Assembly (NCBI RefSeq): GCF_963921235.1
Contig: NC_086097.1
Span: 206,276,001 to 206,340,000 of the forward strand
Direction of reading: 5' to 3'
DNA: 64,000 nt
DNA from: Mobula hypostoma
Taxonomy: Eukaryota
Shown here: in pieces, positions 48,750-61,956 of the stretch
How positions within the stretch are numbered: position 1 is the first letter of the stretch
Layout: each line of letters starts with the position of its first letter
The notes under the pieces: model-generated
The model's database searches: none
Told to the model about the DNA's origin: nothing
What the model saw: the letters and a program-made list of their open reading frames with translations, nothing else
Program-made: the position numbers and the translations under genes

Positions 48750-51633
48750 TCAAACCCTGCCTCCCATATAAGCCCCCACCTTAAATTCCTCCATATACCT
48801 GTCTCGTAGTCTCTTAAACTTCACTAGTGTATCTGCCTCCACTACTGACTCAGGCAGTGCATTCCATGCACTAACCACTCTCTGAGTAAAAAACCTTCCT
48901 CTAATATCCCCCTTGAACTTCCCACCCCTGCCCTTGAAGCCATGTCCTCTTGTACTGAGCAGTGGTGCCCTGGGGAAGAGGCGCTGGCTATCCACTCTAT
49001 ATATTCCTCTTATTATCTTGTACACCTCTATCATGTCTCCTCTCATCCTCCTTCTCTCCAAAGAGTAAAGCCCTAGCTCCCTTAATCGCTGATCATAATG
49101 CATACTTTCTAAACCAGGCAGCATCCTGGTAAATCTCCTCTGTACCCTTTCCAATGCTTCCACATCCTTCCTATAGTGAGGTGATCAGAACTGGACACAG
49201 TACTCCAAGTGTGGCCTAACCAGAGTTTTATAGAGCTGCATCATTACATAGCGTCTCTTAATCTCTATCCCTCGATTTATGAAATCTAACACCCCATAAG
49301 CTTTCTTAACTACCCTATCCACCTGTGAGGCAACTTTCAGGGATCTGTGGACATGTACCATGAGATCCCTCTGCTCCTCCACACTACCAAGTATCCCGCC
49401 ATTTACTTTGAATTCTGCCTTGGAGTTTGTCCTTCCAAAGTGTACCACCTCACACTTCTCCAGGTTGAACTCCATCTGCCACTTCTCAACCCACTTCTGC
49501 ATCCTATCAATATCTCTCTGCAATCTTTGACAATCCTCAACACAATCTACAACACCACCAACCTTTGTGTCGTCTGCAAACTTGCCAACCCACTGTTCTA
49601 CCCCCACATCCAGGTCGTTAATAAAAATCACGAAAAGTAGAGGTCCCAGAACAGATCCTGTGGGACACCACTAGTCACAATCCTCCAATCTAAATGTACT
49701 CCCTCCACCACCACCCTCTGCCTTCTGCAGGCAAGCCAATTCTGAATCCACCTGGCCAAACTTCCCTGGATCCCATGCCTTCTAACTTTCTGAATAAGCC
49801 TACCATGTGGAACCTTGTGAAATGCCTTACTAAAATCCATATAGATCACATCCACTGCACTACCCTCAGCTATATGCCTGGTCACCTCCTCAAAGAACTC
49901 TATCAGGCTTGTTAGACACGATCTGCCCTTCACAAAGCCATGCTGACTGTCCCTGATCAAACCATGATTCTCTAAATGCCTATAGATCCTATCTCTAGGA
50001 ATCTTTTCCATCAGCTTTCCCACCACAGACATAAGGCTCACTGGTCTATAATTACCCGGACTATCCCTACTACCTTTTTTGAACAAGGGAACAACATTCG
50101 CCTCCCTCCAATCCTCCGGTACCATTCCCATGGACAACCAAGGACATAAAGATCCTGGTCAGAGGCTCAGCAATCTCTTCTCTTGCCTCGTGGAGCAGCC
50201 TGGGGAATATTCCGTCAGGCCCTGGGGACTTATCTGTCATAATGTATTTTAACAACTCCAACACCTCCTCTCCCTTAATATCAACATGCTCCAGAACATC
50301 AACCTCACTCATATTGTCCTCAACATCATCAAGTTCCCTCTCATTGGTGAATACCGAAGAGAAGTATTTACTGAGACCTCGCTCACTTCCACAGCCTCCA
50401 GGCACATCTTCCCACCTTTATCTCCAATTGGTCCTACCTTCACTCCTGTCATCCTTTTTTTCTTCACATAATTGAAGAATGCCTTGGGGTTTTACTTTAC
50501 CCCACTCGCCAAAGCCTCCTCATACCCCCTTCTTGCTCTTCTCAGCCCCTTCTTAAGCTCCTTTTTTGCTTCCTTATATTCCTCAATAAACCCATCTGAT
50601 CCTTGCTTCCTAAACCTCATGTATGCTGCCTTCTTCCACCTGACTAGATTTTCCACCTCACTTGTCACCCATGGTTCCTTCACCCTACCATTCTTTATCT
50701 TCCTCACTGGGACAAATTTATCCCTAACATCCCACAAGAGATCTCTAAACATTGACCACATGTCCATAGTACATTTCCCTGCGAAAACATCATCCCAATT
50801 CACACCCGCAAGTTCTAGCCTTATGGCCTCATAATTTGCCTTTTCTCAATTAAAAATTTTCCTGTCCGCTCTGATTCTGTCCTTTTCCATGATAATGCTA
50901 AAGGCCAGGGAGCAGTGGTCGCTGTCCCCCAGATGGTCACCCACTGAGAGATCTGTGACCGGACCCGGTTCATTACCTATTACTAGATCTAGTATGGCAT
51001 TCCCCCTGGTCGGCCTATCCACATACTGTGACAGGAATCCGTCCTGGACACACATAACAAACTCTGCCCCATCTAAACCCTTGGAACTAATCAGATGCCA
51101 GTCAATATTAGGGAAATTAAAATCACCCATGATAACAACCCTGTTATTTTTGCATCTTTCCAAAATCTGCCTCCCAATCTGCTCCTCTGTATCTCTGCTG
51201 CTACCAGGGGGCCTATAGAATACCCCAATGGAGTAACTGCTCCCTTCCTGTTCCTGACTTCCACCCATATTGACTCAAAAGAGGATCCTGCTACATTGCC
51301 CACCCTTTCTGTAGCTGTAATAGTATCCCTGACCAGTAATGCCACCCATCCTCCCCTTTTTCCGCCCTCTCTTTTAAAGCACTGAAATCCAGGAATATTG
51401 AGAATCCATCCCTGTCCTGGTGCCAGCCAAGTCTCTGTAATGGCCACTACATCATAATTCCATGTATGTATCCAAGCTCTCAGCTCATCACCTTTGTTCC
51501 TGATGCTTCTTGCATTGAGGTACACACACTTCAGCCCTTCTACCTTACTGTCTTTACACCGTTTATTCTGCTTCTCTTTCCTCAAAGCCTCTCTATATGT
51601 TAGATCTGGCTTTACTCCATGCACTTCTTTCAC
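48750..51633 (-). pseudogene. CR1 ORF2 (AP endonuclease plus reverse transcriptase), frameshifted
   Basis: LNARSIRNK, ITETWL, MGDFNFPNIDW, LDLV, SDH (APE); [22 protein letters not shown] (RT). Confidence 0.95.
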
Positions 51634-51668
51634 TGTTCTATCGCCCTGGGTCCCATCCCCCTCACAAA

Positions 51669-52595
51669 TTAGTTTAAACCCTCCCGAACCATGCTAGCAA
51701 ACCTACCTGCAAGGATATTGCTCCCCCTCGAGTTCGGGTGCAACCCATCCAATCTGTACTGGTCCCACCCTCCCCAGAAGAGATCCCAATGATCTAAAAA
51801 TCTAAAACCCTGCTCCCTGCACCAACTCCTCAGCCACGCATTCAACTGCCATCTCCTCCAATTCTTACCATCACTGTCACGTAGCACTGGCAGCAATCCT
51901 GAGAACGCCACTCTTGAGGTCCTGTTCTTCAGCCTTCTGCCTAGTTCCAGAAACTCTCACTTCAGGACCTCATCCCTCTTCCTGCCTATGTCGTTGATCC
52001 CAACATGTTGCTTTCCCTCTCGTACCAGGATGTCGTGCAGCCGGTCAGAGGCATCCCGGACCCTGGCACCTGGGAGGCAACAAACCATGCAGGTGTCCTT
52101 CTCATGTCCACAAAATCTTCTGTCTGCTCCCCTGACTATAGAGTCTCCAATGACGACAGCTCTCCTCTTCTCCGTCCCACCCTTCTGCACCACCGGCTCA
52201 GACTCAGTGCCGGAGGCCCTGCCACCGTGGCTCACACCTGGTTGGTCGTCCCCACCAACAGTATCCAGAACGGTAAACTTATTATTCAGGGGAATGGCTA
52301 CAGGGGTGCTCTGCACTACCTGTCTGCTCACCTTCACTTTCCTCCCTCTGACTGTCACCCAACGACCGGCTTCCGACAGCCTAGGTGTGACTACCTCCCT
52401 GTAGCTCTCATCTATGACTGCCTCATTCTCCCTTATGAGTCAAAGGTCATCCAGCTGCTGCTCCAGATTCCTGACACGGTCTTCCAGATCGCCCAGCCGT
52501 ATGCACTTCTGGCAGATGTGACTCTGCGGGAGAGGGGGGTTCCCCCAAGACTGCCACATCTCACATGAGAGGCACATCACCGTCTCAGGAGACAT
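51669..52595 (-). pseudogene. CR1 ORF1 (zinc finger/leucine zipper plus SGNH esterase), disrupted
   Basis: CLSC...CQKC then heptad leucines; esterase blocks VIGDS, PGA, HVG.ND, DGLHP. Confidence 0.9.
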
Positions 52596-53417
52596 TGTAA
52601 AAACTAATTGTGAGCTAGCTTGTCCTCCGCCTCTTCTCATCGAAGCCTCTCGAGTCAAAGCCTCAAAGCTCCACTCCTTCACTGGCCCATGTCTTGTTTT
52701 GAACACCATTAGCTCAAAGGTGTAAAAAATTAACTTTCCTCAGTTTTCCACTGTTCACACTCCAACTTCTATGTTTAAGCAATTCTGCATGTCTGAGATA
52801 TTTCCTCATTTTAAACCCACAACCTACTGCCCCATTTGCAATCATCACATCCGCACACCAACTGTGACATGGCCACACGATTCAGGGCAAGTCAAATTCA
52901 GCTTTTATGGTCTAATGTCCATTGAGGCAATTCATCACAGATGTATCCCAATTTATCATCAAGTTCGCTCTCCATTTCAGAACTAAAAATAAACCCTAAC
53001 ATGTGTCTGGCTGGTTTTGTCAAATTTCATCTCTGTTTCTCAATTGAACTGTCCGGGTTAACTTCCTGAACACATGCACACTCCCAAGCAATGGAATGAG
53101 TCTATGACAATAAGTTCATTCTTTTACATTATTTTTGACTTTTTAAAGCTCACAGAGGATGTATTTAAAAGTTTCCTCTTCCAGGAAATAATCTGGGTCT
53201 GCCACATGTACACTTAATGACCCTGTCAATAAACCATACATTGTGGAGCTGGAGAATTTGTTCTTAGATCTTAGAGAATGTATTTATTTGATCAATATTT
53301 CACCTGAAGAGGGGCAAAGAGGCCCATTTAGCTTGGAATTCACAAAACCTCTCTCAAATTGGATAAAACACCTTTATACAAATTTATACATAGAGTACAG
53401 GATCTTTACCAATGTGT

Positions 53418-53663
53418 AAGACCATAAGACCACAAGATATAGGAGCAGAATTAGGCCATTTGGCTTATCGAGTCTGCTCTTCCATTTCATCATGGCTGAT
53501 CCATTTCCCTCTTAGCCCCAGTCTCCTGCCTTCACCCCATATCCCTTTATCTCCTAACACATCAAGAATCTACCAACCCCTGCCTTGAATATTACCCAGT
53601 GACTTGGCCTCCACAGTCACCTGTGGCACTGACTTCCACAGATTCACCACTCTCTGGATAAAG
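53418..53663 (-). mobile_element. CR1 3' fragment
   Basis: QRVVNLWKSVPQ; tail (AAGACCAT)n. Confidence 0.9.
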
Positions 53664-54151
53664 ATGCATAAATCTTCAGTTATCTGTTCTTGATTAACGC
53701 TAAATAAGGCAGCAAACCAGTAGTTACTTCTGACGTCATGCTCCCTGCAGATTTTCATGTGTTTTGCAGACTCACTTTGATCAGAGATCCAGTGCCCCAT
53801 GCATGAAACATACTTCTGTTTGGTTAAAGTCGGTACTCGGAGCAGGCATATCCTCCAACTGACAAGCATCTGTATAAATCTTCCATATTCATTATGGGGC
53901 AATTTGTTAACCATTGCCTCTTCCTTGACATATTGTTCCTTTCCATTGTATTGTTCCTATTTGCAGCCTATGTGCCCCTGGTACAATGAAGAAAGCATTG
54001 CGTGCTACTCTGAAGTTATTCCACCATTTCTAAACATTTTATCCAAAGCCGAGAAGGTGAACTGTCTCTGAGCCCACTTCAGTGGGTTGTTTGCTTTAGG
54101 GGTGGATAGTTCATATATAATGACTAGCTCTGATTTATTTGGTGGCGTAGA
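53664..54151 (-). pseudogene. Possible decayed coding segment of unknown origin
   Basis: One frame runs ~163 codons with only two TAG stops (STPPNKSELVIIYELSTPKANNPLKWAQRQFTFSALDKMF...EDLCI) in AT-rich unique DNA. Confidence 0.3.
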
Positions 54152-54614
54152 CTATACTTTATTAAATAAAGTGCATGTTATGCTTAAGGGTTAATTCTTC
54201 TTGCTTTATTTAACATTTCGACCTCAGGTCATGTTGCTACATTCACAAAGCTCCTTCATGTAGTTACATGCATATGTTCATTTTCATTGTGTAGCTCAAG
54301 CTCACAGGTTCACAGCTGAACTATGTGTTTGAAAGTTAAATTCAGTTTGAAGAATAATCTTGCTTTTTATATACCTTGCATCTTGGTAACATGCTGAACC
54401 TTTTCTGGACATTGCTGTGGATCAACCTTTTTGGTTAACATACGTACCACAGTGTAGGTCAAATAGCAGCCACTCCTTTCTATTTTTGGGGACTGTTTCA
54501 TGGTAGCAGAAGGAGAGGGAAAATAAAGAAGTCACCAAAATAACCCGTATAGAAAATGAATTACATTTGCCTCGTGCAGGGGGATATAGCTACACGGAAT
54601 CAAATACTGATAAA

Positions 54615-55407
54615 GCAGCATACACAAAATGCTGGAGGAACTCAGCAGGTCAGGCAGCAGCTAAGGAAATGAAGTAACAGTGAATGTTTTGGGCCAAGAC
54701 TCTTCTTCAGGACTGGAAAGGAAGGGGGAAGCTGCCAGAATAAAAAGGTGTTGTGGGGAGAAGGATCGCTAGATGGTGATAGGTGAGGCTAAGTGGGTAG
54801 GAAAGGTAAAGGGCTGGAGATGAAAGAATCTGATAGGAGAAGAGAGTGGATCATAGGAAAAAGGGAAGGAGGAGGGGACGTTGGGGCAGTGATAGGTAGG
54901 TGAGAAGAACTAAGAGGAAGAGTGGGGAATAGAAGAAGCGGGGAGGAGGAGGGAAAATTTATCTCTTTTTACCAGAAGGAGAAATTGATGTTCATACCAT
55001 CAGGTTGGAGGCTATCCAGACAGAATATAAGGTGAGGGTGGCCTCATTGTGGCACAAGTGGAGGCCATGGACTGACACGTCGGAATAGGAATTAAAATGT
55101 TGGGCCACCGGAAGGTTCTCCTTTCCCGGGGACAAGTATATTGTTCTCAACAAAAGAGCTTCTGAAGTGTCATCATACTTGTAATGGCCCAACGTTTTAA
55201 TTCCCATTCCGACGTGTCGGTCCATGGCCTCCACTTGTGCCACAAGGAGGCCACCCTCACCTTATATTCTGTCTGGATAGCCTCCAACCTGATGGTATGA
55301 ACATCAATTTCTCCTTCTGGTAAAAAGAGATAAACTTTCCCTCCTCCTCCCCGCTTCTTCTATTCCCCACTCTTCCTCTTAGTTCTTCTCACCTACCTAT
55401 CACTGCC
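54615..55407 (-). mobile_element. PLE 3' fragment with a 223-bp inverted duplication
   Basis: ENLPVAQHFN, SLQPDGMNI; arms 54885-55107 and 55185-55407. Confidence 0.9.
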
Positions 55408-55734
55408 AGGTTGCACAAGACAAGCTCCCACAAGCAGTCAAGACACAATATTTGTAAGTAAAATACTCGTCAGATCACTGTTGAGACCTCCCTATTTTTG
55501 CTTCTGAGATAATTATAGCATATGTAATGTTGGGTGTGAATAATAATTGTTGCTTGATTGTGTCATATAACTAACTGCAATAATGCCTGTGGTAAAGTGG
55601 ACAGATAAATTGGTCAGAAAGTTTCCAAGGAATTTAAAGATGTTGACAGAACACCTGTAGAACAGGAAGTTGGAATCCACCATGTCAGAAATACTTTGAT
55701 CAGCCAAAATGTAAAATCACTTGGGAAAGTTTGT

Positions 55735-56503
55735 GCCTCTTTTTTACCCTTTCAGGGTGTGGGGGGTTCTTTTGAAGATCTGACCTGGAGTTACACTCTG
55801 ACCTCGGTTCTTTGCGGGAACTGGACCTGCTCTCAGGGCCTCCTGACTAGCCACTTTTTGATATCCCAAGGACATGGCCTGGAAGTTGAGCAGGCCTTGA
55901 GAGTTCTGGGTTTTTGTGGCTCTGGGGATGTGCCGATTCTAGGCCAGTGCCCTTGACCGAAGCGTCGCAGGAGAACACAAAACATTGGGAACAATGGGTT
56001 AGCTGCCGGGGGTTGCGTGTTCGGAGAGCCTCACCTTTTTGGTGCCAACTCTCTGGGCACGAAGCTTGGAAAAAGTAACGCAACAGACTTTTAACATTGT
56101 AAATCAGCGAGTTGTTTGTTATGTCTCCCCTCTCACTGTGAAATGGGGACACATCTTTTTCCCTTATTAGGGAGAGAGAGAGAGAGAGCCTGTGGTACAT
56201 TGAATACCAGATGAACGAGTAGTCTTTGGGATACTGCAAGTCTGTGTCTTTATTGATGTTTTGCTGCACACTTGAGTGCTCGGTAGAGGGTGCAGATACT
56301 TTTTTTGCTGGTGGGGGAGGGGTGGGGTAATTGCTTTGCTGTTGCTTGTGCGTGGGTGGGGAGAGCTGTGGGGAGCTCTGGGGTTCTAACACCTTGTCTT
56401 TCATTCTTTGGAGCACTCCTCTGTTTTTGTGGATGTCTGCGAAGAAAAAGAATTTCAGTATGTTTATTGTATACATTTCTCTGACAGTAAATGTATCTAT
56501 TGA
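55735..56503 (+). mobile_element. Non-autonomous non-LTR element, same family as 19565-20332
   Basis: Colinear shared blocks from head to tail. Confidence 0.75.
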
Positions 56504-56811
56504 CACTTATTGGAAAAGAAAATGGTAAATTCAGTCAATGAGGAGGCCCCAAATAAAGAAGGCACAAGATGAATTTCACAAGGAAGAATCATCGGTGTTC
56601 ATGAGCAAGTAAACTAAAGGCAGATTACACTTCAGTATTTGAGTATCATTTAAATGAGACCAAAGAGCCCACATTGGGGTTTGGCAGGTGTAACTGTCAG
56701 CAATATGCAAATAATTGCCGAGCAAAGGAAAACAACATTGGGAAGAAGGAGCAAGTGATCAGGAGAGGTGGGTTTGATGAGGAAGGAAAAGCAGACTGAG
56801 ACTCTGTGATC

Positions 56812-56985
56812 ACAGACAAGAGAAAATCTGCAGGTTCTGGAAATCCAAGCAACACACGCAAAGTGCTGGAGGAACTTAGCAGGCCTGATGAAGAGTCTTG
56901 GCCCGATTCATCAGAGTTAACACTTTTCCATAGATACTGCCTGTATTGCCGAGTCCTAAGCATTTTCTGTGCGTAGCTGAGATTT
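56812..56985. mobile_element. Short inverted PLE pseudo-LTR pair
   Basis: Minus-strand tail 56812-56884 abuts plus-strand CTGATGAAGAGTCTTGGCCCG and a second tail. Confidence 0.7.
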
Positions 56986-59034
56986 TGTGATGTTGAATTA
57001 GATACATTTTCCTGAACGTCACTGCTCAAATGCAGATGTAAAAAAGAAATATTATAAGTATGATTAATTTTATTGAATGTATCAACATATATTCATTAAT
57101 TATAATTTGATTTGATTTGATTCTATGCAGTTGGTTTCCCTACAGATATGCACACTTCACGTGAAAAAATATTATAACAATCTAACCTGCTAGACCAGCT
57201 GTTTTGATATCCAGTTTACAAGTTAGCCATTTTCTAGGCCCATGTGTCGAGGGTACAAACTGATCAATAGCTCAGCTACATGATATTCACTAGTTAGAAT
57301 TAGAATTACCCAGTTATTGCCATGTGAAACACAATCACTCTGTGCTATGTTATTTCCAAATTCAATAAGCTCATCCAAGTCCTTCAGAATGTCATTGAAC
57401 CAACTTCTATAGTTTTTCAAGGCTCATTTTGAAAGCAATTGCAAGGGAAGTTATTGAAATACATGTTGATGAGACTGTGTCAAGAAAATTATTAATTGGG
57501 ATTCTGAGCTTGAAAATAATGGGCAGAGAAAAGCCAAATACTTTATCAAACCTGTGCTGCATACACTTATTGGGAATATTGAAAAGACTTGAATAAAAGG
57601 CTAAATCTGAAACAAAAAAAATAGAAACAATATTTATTTCGAAGCAGTTTCAGGAATTAACTTCTGATGATGCCAATAAAATCTAAACATTTCTGAAAGA
57701 TTTTCTGCTTTGATTACAGTAACTATAATTATTCAATAAGGTCCTCATGTGGTTAGGACAATACAATAATTATTGTTGCAAAATTTACTTTAAACCTCTT
57801 TCCACCAGTAGCATGTTTGATGTTGACGTTTCGGCTTCTAATTCATGAATGCCTCATTCTGTTTATCAGTCTAATTATATTACCGCACGTTAACTGTTGT
57901 ATTCAATCACTTAAGCCCTTGTTGTGCAATATTAGGCACTTAAATAAACTGGCTTACAAAATCCACATCAGGTCAGAGAACAAACAGGTATTGTGCAATT
58001 GTTCTAACAGGACCAAAATAATAATGTTGCAGTTATCTTAAGGTCACTTGAGGAGATTTGATCATATGGTTCTTTGCTAATGATCATGGTAGAACCCACC
58101 TAGTTGAGCTTATAAATTAAATTGATAAATACAAGGCAGTATGATTGCAATTATATCAAATTCATTTGCACAAAAGTGATTTGCCATTGGATTATTAAAC
58201 AGACATTCATAGATACTTTGTTGTATACTATAGATATCAATGAGTTAAATAATTCTAAAGTCGTAAAATACAAAAAAGCAATAGACAACAGATCTAGAAC
58301 CTATGATAATTATGTGTGAAATTCAGCAGGATGTTAAGAAAATTTAACTCTCAATGTATACCCAATGCCCAAGTACAGATGCCTTTGTAATAGGTATTTT
58401 TGAGATTCGAACATTCTGGCATAAAAAGGTGTCCATTCTGAAACTACATTGTCTATGGATCTCTTCCAAAAACGGTTACCAGATGCGACACAAAGAGGGT
58501 GGCAGAACTAATAATGAAACCAAATATCAGCGAGGAGGTAAATTATGGCTGTAAGTCTTTTTTAAAATAGCCAAAAAATGTTGCATAAAGGTACAGGAAT
58601 AAACAAATGAAGCTGTGACCTAGAGTGATCTGAAGTGAATCACAATCCATAATCAATCATCGGAGGAAGGGATCAAATATCTTCTTTCCTAGTTTGTTCA
58701 TGACATTATACCAGGCAGAATTTTAAGTATGGAGGAGAATGTGAAGAGACTTCAGGGGGATAGGGACATGCAAATTGAATGTGTGAGAACATGGCAGATG
58801 GCATTCGATGTAGACTAATGCTCAAGTTTCAGTTTCAAGTTCAACTTTATTGCTGTCATATGCATACATACACAGTGCATAAATGCTATGAAAATTAGCT
58901 TTTTGCAGCAGCAGTAAAATTTTCATTCAAAATATCATTAAACAATGACACACCCAGGATAATACTGATGTTCAAAGTGTCAATTTACACAAGCCACTGA
59001 AAGCCCACATATAGGTGCAACAAAACAAATGATG

Positions 59035-59197
59035 TGCAACACACAGCATCTATGGAAAAAGAGTACAGTCGATGTTTCAGTCTGAGACCTTTCATCAGAA
59101 TGTGTTTCCATAGATGCTGACTGGCCTGATGAGTTCCCCCAGCATTTTGCATGCGTTGCTTGGATTTTGAGCATCTGCAGATATTCTCTTCTTTGTG
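59035..59197. mobile_element. Short inverted PLE pseudo-LTR pair
   Basis: CAGCATCTATGGAAA...TTTCCATAGATGCTG inverted; minus-strand hammerhead remnant at ~59068-59098. Confidence 0.75.
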
Positions 59198-59873
59198 AAG
59201 GCAAATGATATGTTAATCTTTAAGTTCAAAGTTCAAAGTAAATATATTATCAAAGTACACACAGCATATGTCGCCATATACTACTCTGGGATTCATTTTC
59301 TTGTGGACATTCACAATAAACTCAAAAAGACACAGTGGCATCAATGAAAACCTGCACACCAAGATGGACAAACACCCAATGTCCAAAAGACAAAAAGAAA
59401 AAAACTAACTAATCATAATAAATAAATCAATAGTGAATACCTACTGAGTACGCGAGTTGTAGAGTCCTTGAAAGTGAGTACATAGGTTGTGGAATTAGTT
59501 CAGTGTTGGGGTGAGAGAAGTTATTAACTCTGGTTCAGGAACCCGATGGTTGAGGGGTAACAAATGTTCCTGAAACCTTTGGTGTGAGTCCTGAGGCTCC
59601 TGGAGGTCCAAGAAAAGCGTGTGGCCTGGATGGCAGGGTCCTTGATGAATGCTGCTTTCCTACAATGGTGCTCCTTGTCAATGTGCTCAATGGTGGGGAG
59701 GGCTTTTTCCTGTGATGGACTGGTCTGTATCCACTACTTAAGTTTTAGATGTCATGCTGAATTTTCAGAAACTTCTAATAAAGTAGAGGCACTGCTTTGC
59801 CTTCTTTGTAATGCCGCTTAAGAGCTGGAACCAGGGCAGATCCACTGAAATGATAAAGCTGAGGAATTTGAAG

Positions 59874-60606
59874 CAGACAGTCCTTCCAGCTGAGGCGACA
59901 CTTCACCTGTGAATCGGCTGGGGTGATATACTGCGTCCAGTGCTCCTGATGTGGCCTTCTATATATTGGTGAGACCCAACGCAGACTGGGAGATTGCTGA
60001 AGACCTATGCTCTGTCTGCCAGAGAAAGCAGGATCTTCCAGTGGCCACACATTTTAATTCCACGTCCCATTCCCATTCTGATACGTCTATCCACGGCCTC
60101 CTCTACTGTAAAGATGAAGGCACACTTAGGTTGGAGGAACAACACCTTATATTCCGTCTGGGTAGCCTCCAACCTGATGGCATGAACATTGACTTCTCCA
60201 ACTTCCACTAATGCCCCACCTCCCCCTCGTACCCCATCCATTATTTATTTATATACACACGTTCTTTCTTTCTGTCTCCTTTTTCTCCCTCTGTCTCTCT
60301 CACTATACCCCTTGCCCATCCTCTGGGTTTCTCCCCCTCTCCCCCTTTTCTTTCTCCCTGAGCCTCCTGTCCCATGATCCTCTCATATCCCTTTTGCCAA
60401 TCAACTGTCCAGCTCTTGGCTCCATCCCTCCCCTTCTTATCTTCTCCTATCTTTTTGGATCTCCCCCTCCCCCTTTCAAATCTCTTACTAGCTCTTCCTT
60501 CAGTTAGTCCTGACGAAGGGTCTCGGCCCGAAACGTCGACTGTACCTCTTCCTAGAGATGCTGCCTGGCCTGCTGCATTCACCAGCAACTATGATGTGTG
60601 TTGCTT
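59874..60606 (+). mobile_element. Penelope-like element 3' end: GIY-YIG endonuclease remnant plus pseudo-LTR, 10-bp TSD
   Basis: HFTCESAGVIYCVQCS*CGLLYIGET..RL, LPVATHFN, RLEEQHLIFRLGSLQPDGMN; TSD GAATTTGAAG at 59864-59873 and 60607-60616. Confidence 0.92.
60506..60541 (+). ncRNA. Minimal type I hammerhead ribozyme motif (predicted cut after 60537)
   Basis: AGTC-CTGACGA-A-GGGT-CTCG-GCCC-GAAAC-GTC-GACT: stem I AGTC/GACT, conserved core, stem III reduced to palindromic ACGT. Confidence 0.8.
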
Positions 60607-61139
60607 GAATTTGAAGATCTTCCTGGTCAATAATCAGCTCCATGGTCTTGCTGACATTGAGGGAGAGGTAATCACAACCTTCGACTCAGCCAATAACAGT
60701 GATGTCGTCAACAAACTTAAGTATGGCATTGGAGTTGTACTTAGCCTCAGGGTCATAAATATAAAACAAGCAGAGCAGGGGGCAGGTGCTTTTGTGCTGA
60801 TGGTTATTGTAGAGGAGATATTATTGTTAATCTGAACTGACAAATGTTTGATGGTGAGGAAATCAAAGGTTGCACAAAGAGAGGCATTGAGGCCTTGCCT
60901 TGGAGCTAATTGATTGGTTCTGAGCGGATGATAGTGTTGAATGCAGAGCTGCAGTCAATGAAGAGCATTCTGATGTATGCATCTTCATAATCTGGATTGA
61001 CTGAAGATCCAATGAAATGGCATCTGCTGTTGACCTGTTGTGATGGTAGGTAAATTGGCAGGAATTGATATGTTTCATGACCAACTTCTCAAATTATTTC
61101 ATCACAGTAGATCTAAGTAGCACGGGTATCTTAATGGAA

Positions 61140-61610
61140 TTGCAGAAGGCCTTAGCAAAACTGCAACTGCTGTACTGTGCAGAGCTTTGGTCTCTTTATG
61201 CAAAAAAAGGATGTAGGGAGTGTAGTGATGACTCACTACACTAGTTCAAGGTATGATAGGCTTGCTGTAAGTACACCAGGCCTTTATTTAAAGATCTCAT
61301 CGAAACTTTTTCACAGGAATTGACAGACTGGGTGCAGGGAAAAGGTTTCCTCTGGCACCAAGGATGACAGTGTCAGAATAATGAGCTGTGTATTTAGGAA
61401 TGAGAAAAGAGAAAAAAAACATATTCACTTAGAGTGTAGTAAATTGGTGAATTCTCTACACTGGAGCTCAGACACTGAGTTCATTGAAAATAAAAGTTGA
61501 TAGATTTCTGGTCAGAGAAGGTTCAAGAGAAATAGAGATAATGCAGTGGAATGGTATTGAGGGAGAAGGCATACAAGGCTTGTATGGGTTCCACTTTTAT
61601 GTTCTTGGAT
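61140..61610 (+). mobile_element. Very decayed CR1 3' fragment
   Basis: YCAELWSL, RVVNW*IL-type remnants, KIKVDRFL. Confidence 0.55.
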
Positions 61611-61956
61611 TCCTTTCCTATTACATCAATATCATGATAATATTAAGATTTAACGACTTCAGGATTTGGATGTGTTGCACAATCATATTGTAGAAGTGGG
61701 TCCAAGTTATGAATGGTTTGAAGTTGTAACTCGTTTGTCCTTAGTTTGCATTAAGAACTGCCATGAAGTGATGAACTAAAATCCTTACAGAAGTTAGGAA
61801 CTCTGAAAAGTCTCAATTTACCATTAAATTAATATGGAACGTGGATAACCTAAGCCAGTGCTGAGGAGTCCACAGCAGTTAAAGAGAAACCAGAAGTGGG
61901 CTTTTATGATGTTTAGAACTTTCAGTCCTCAGTTTAAATACATCACTTATTTATAG

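Larger units (their letters stand above)
48673..52688 (-). mobile_element. Near full-length CR1 LINE
   Basis: 5' UTR, ORF1, ORF2 and (TTCTATG)n tail all present; several stops and frameshifts; no TSD seen. Confidence 0.95.
59220..61110 (-). mobile_element. Rex-Babar LINE remnant split by a PLE (59220-59873, 60617-61110)
   Basis: Tail (TTTGAAC)n on minus; IKDPAIQA-type C-terminus; QFTYHHNRSTADAISL. Confidence 0.85.

Noticed and set aside
57223..57420. 65-codon minus-strand ORF (RSWFNDILKDLDELIEF)
   Set aside because: TTG start, no clear splice signals or motif, length within chance
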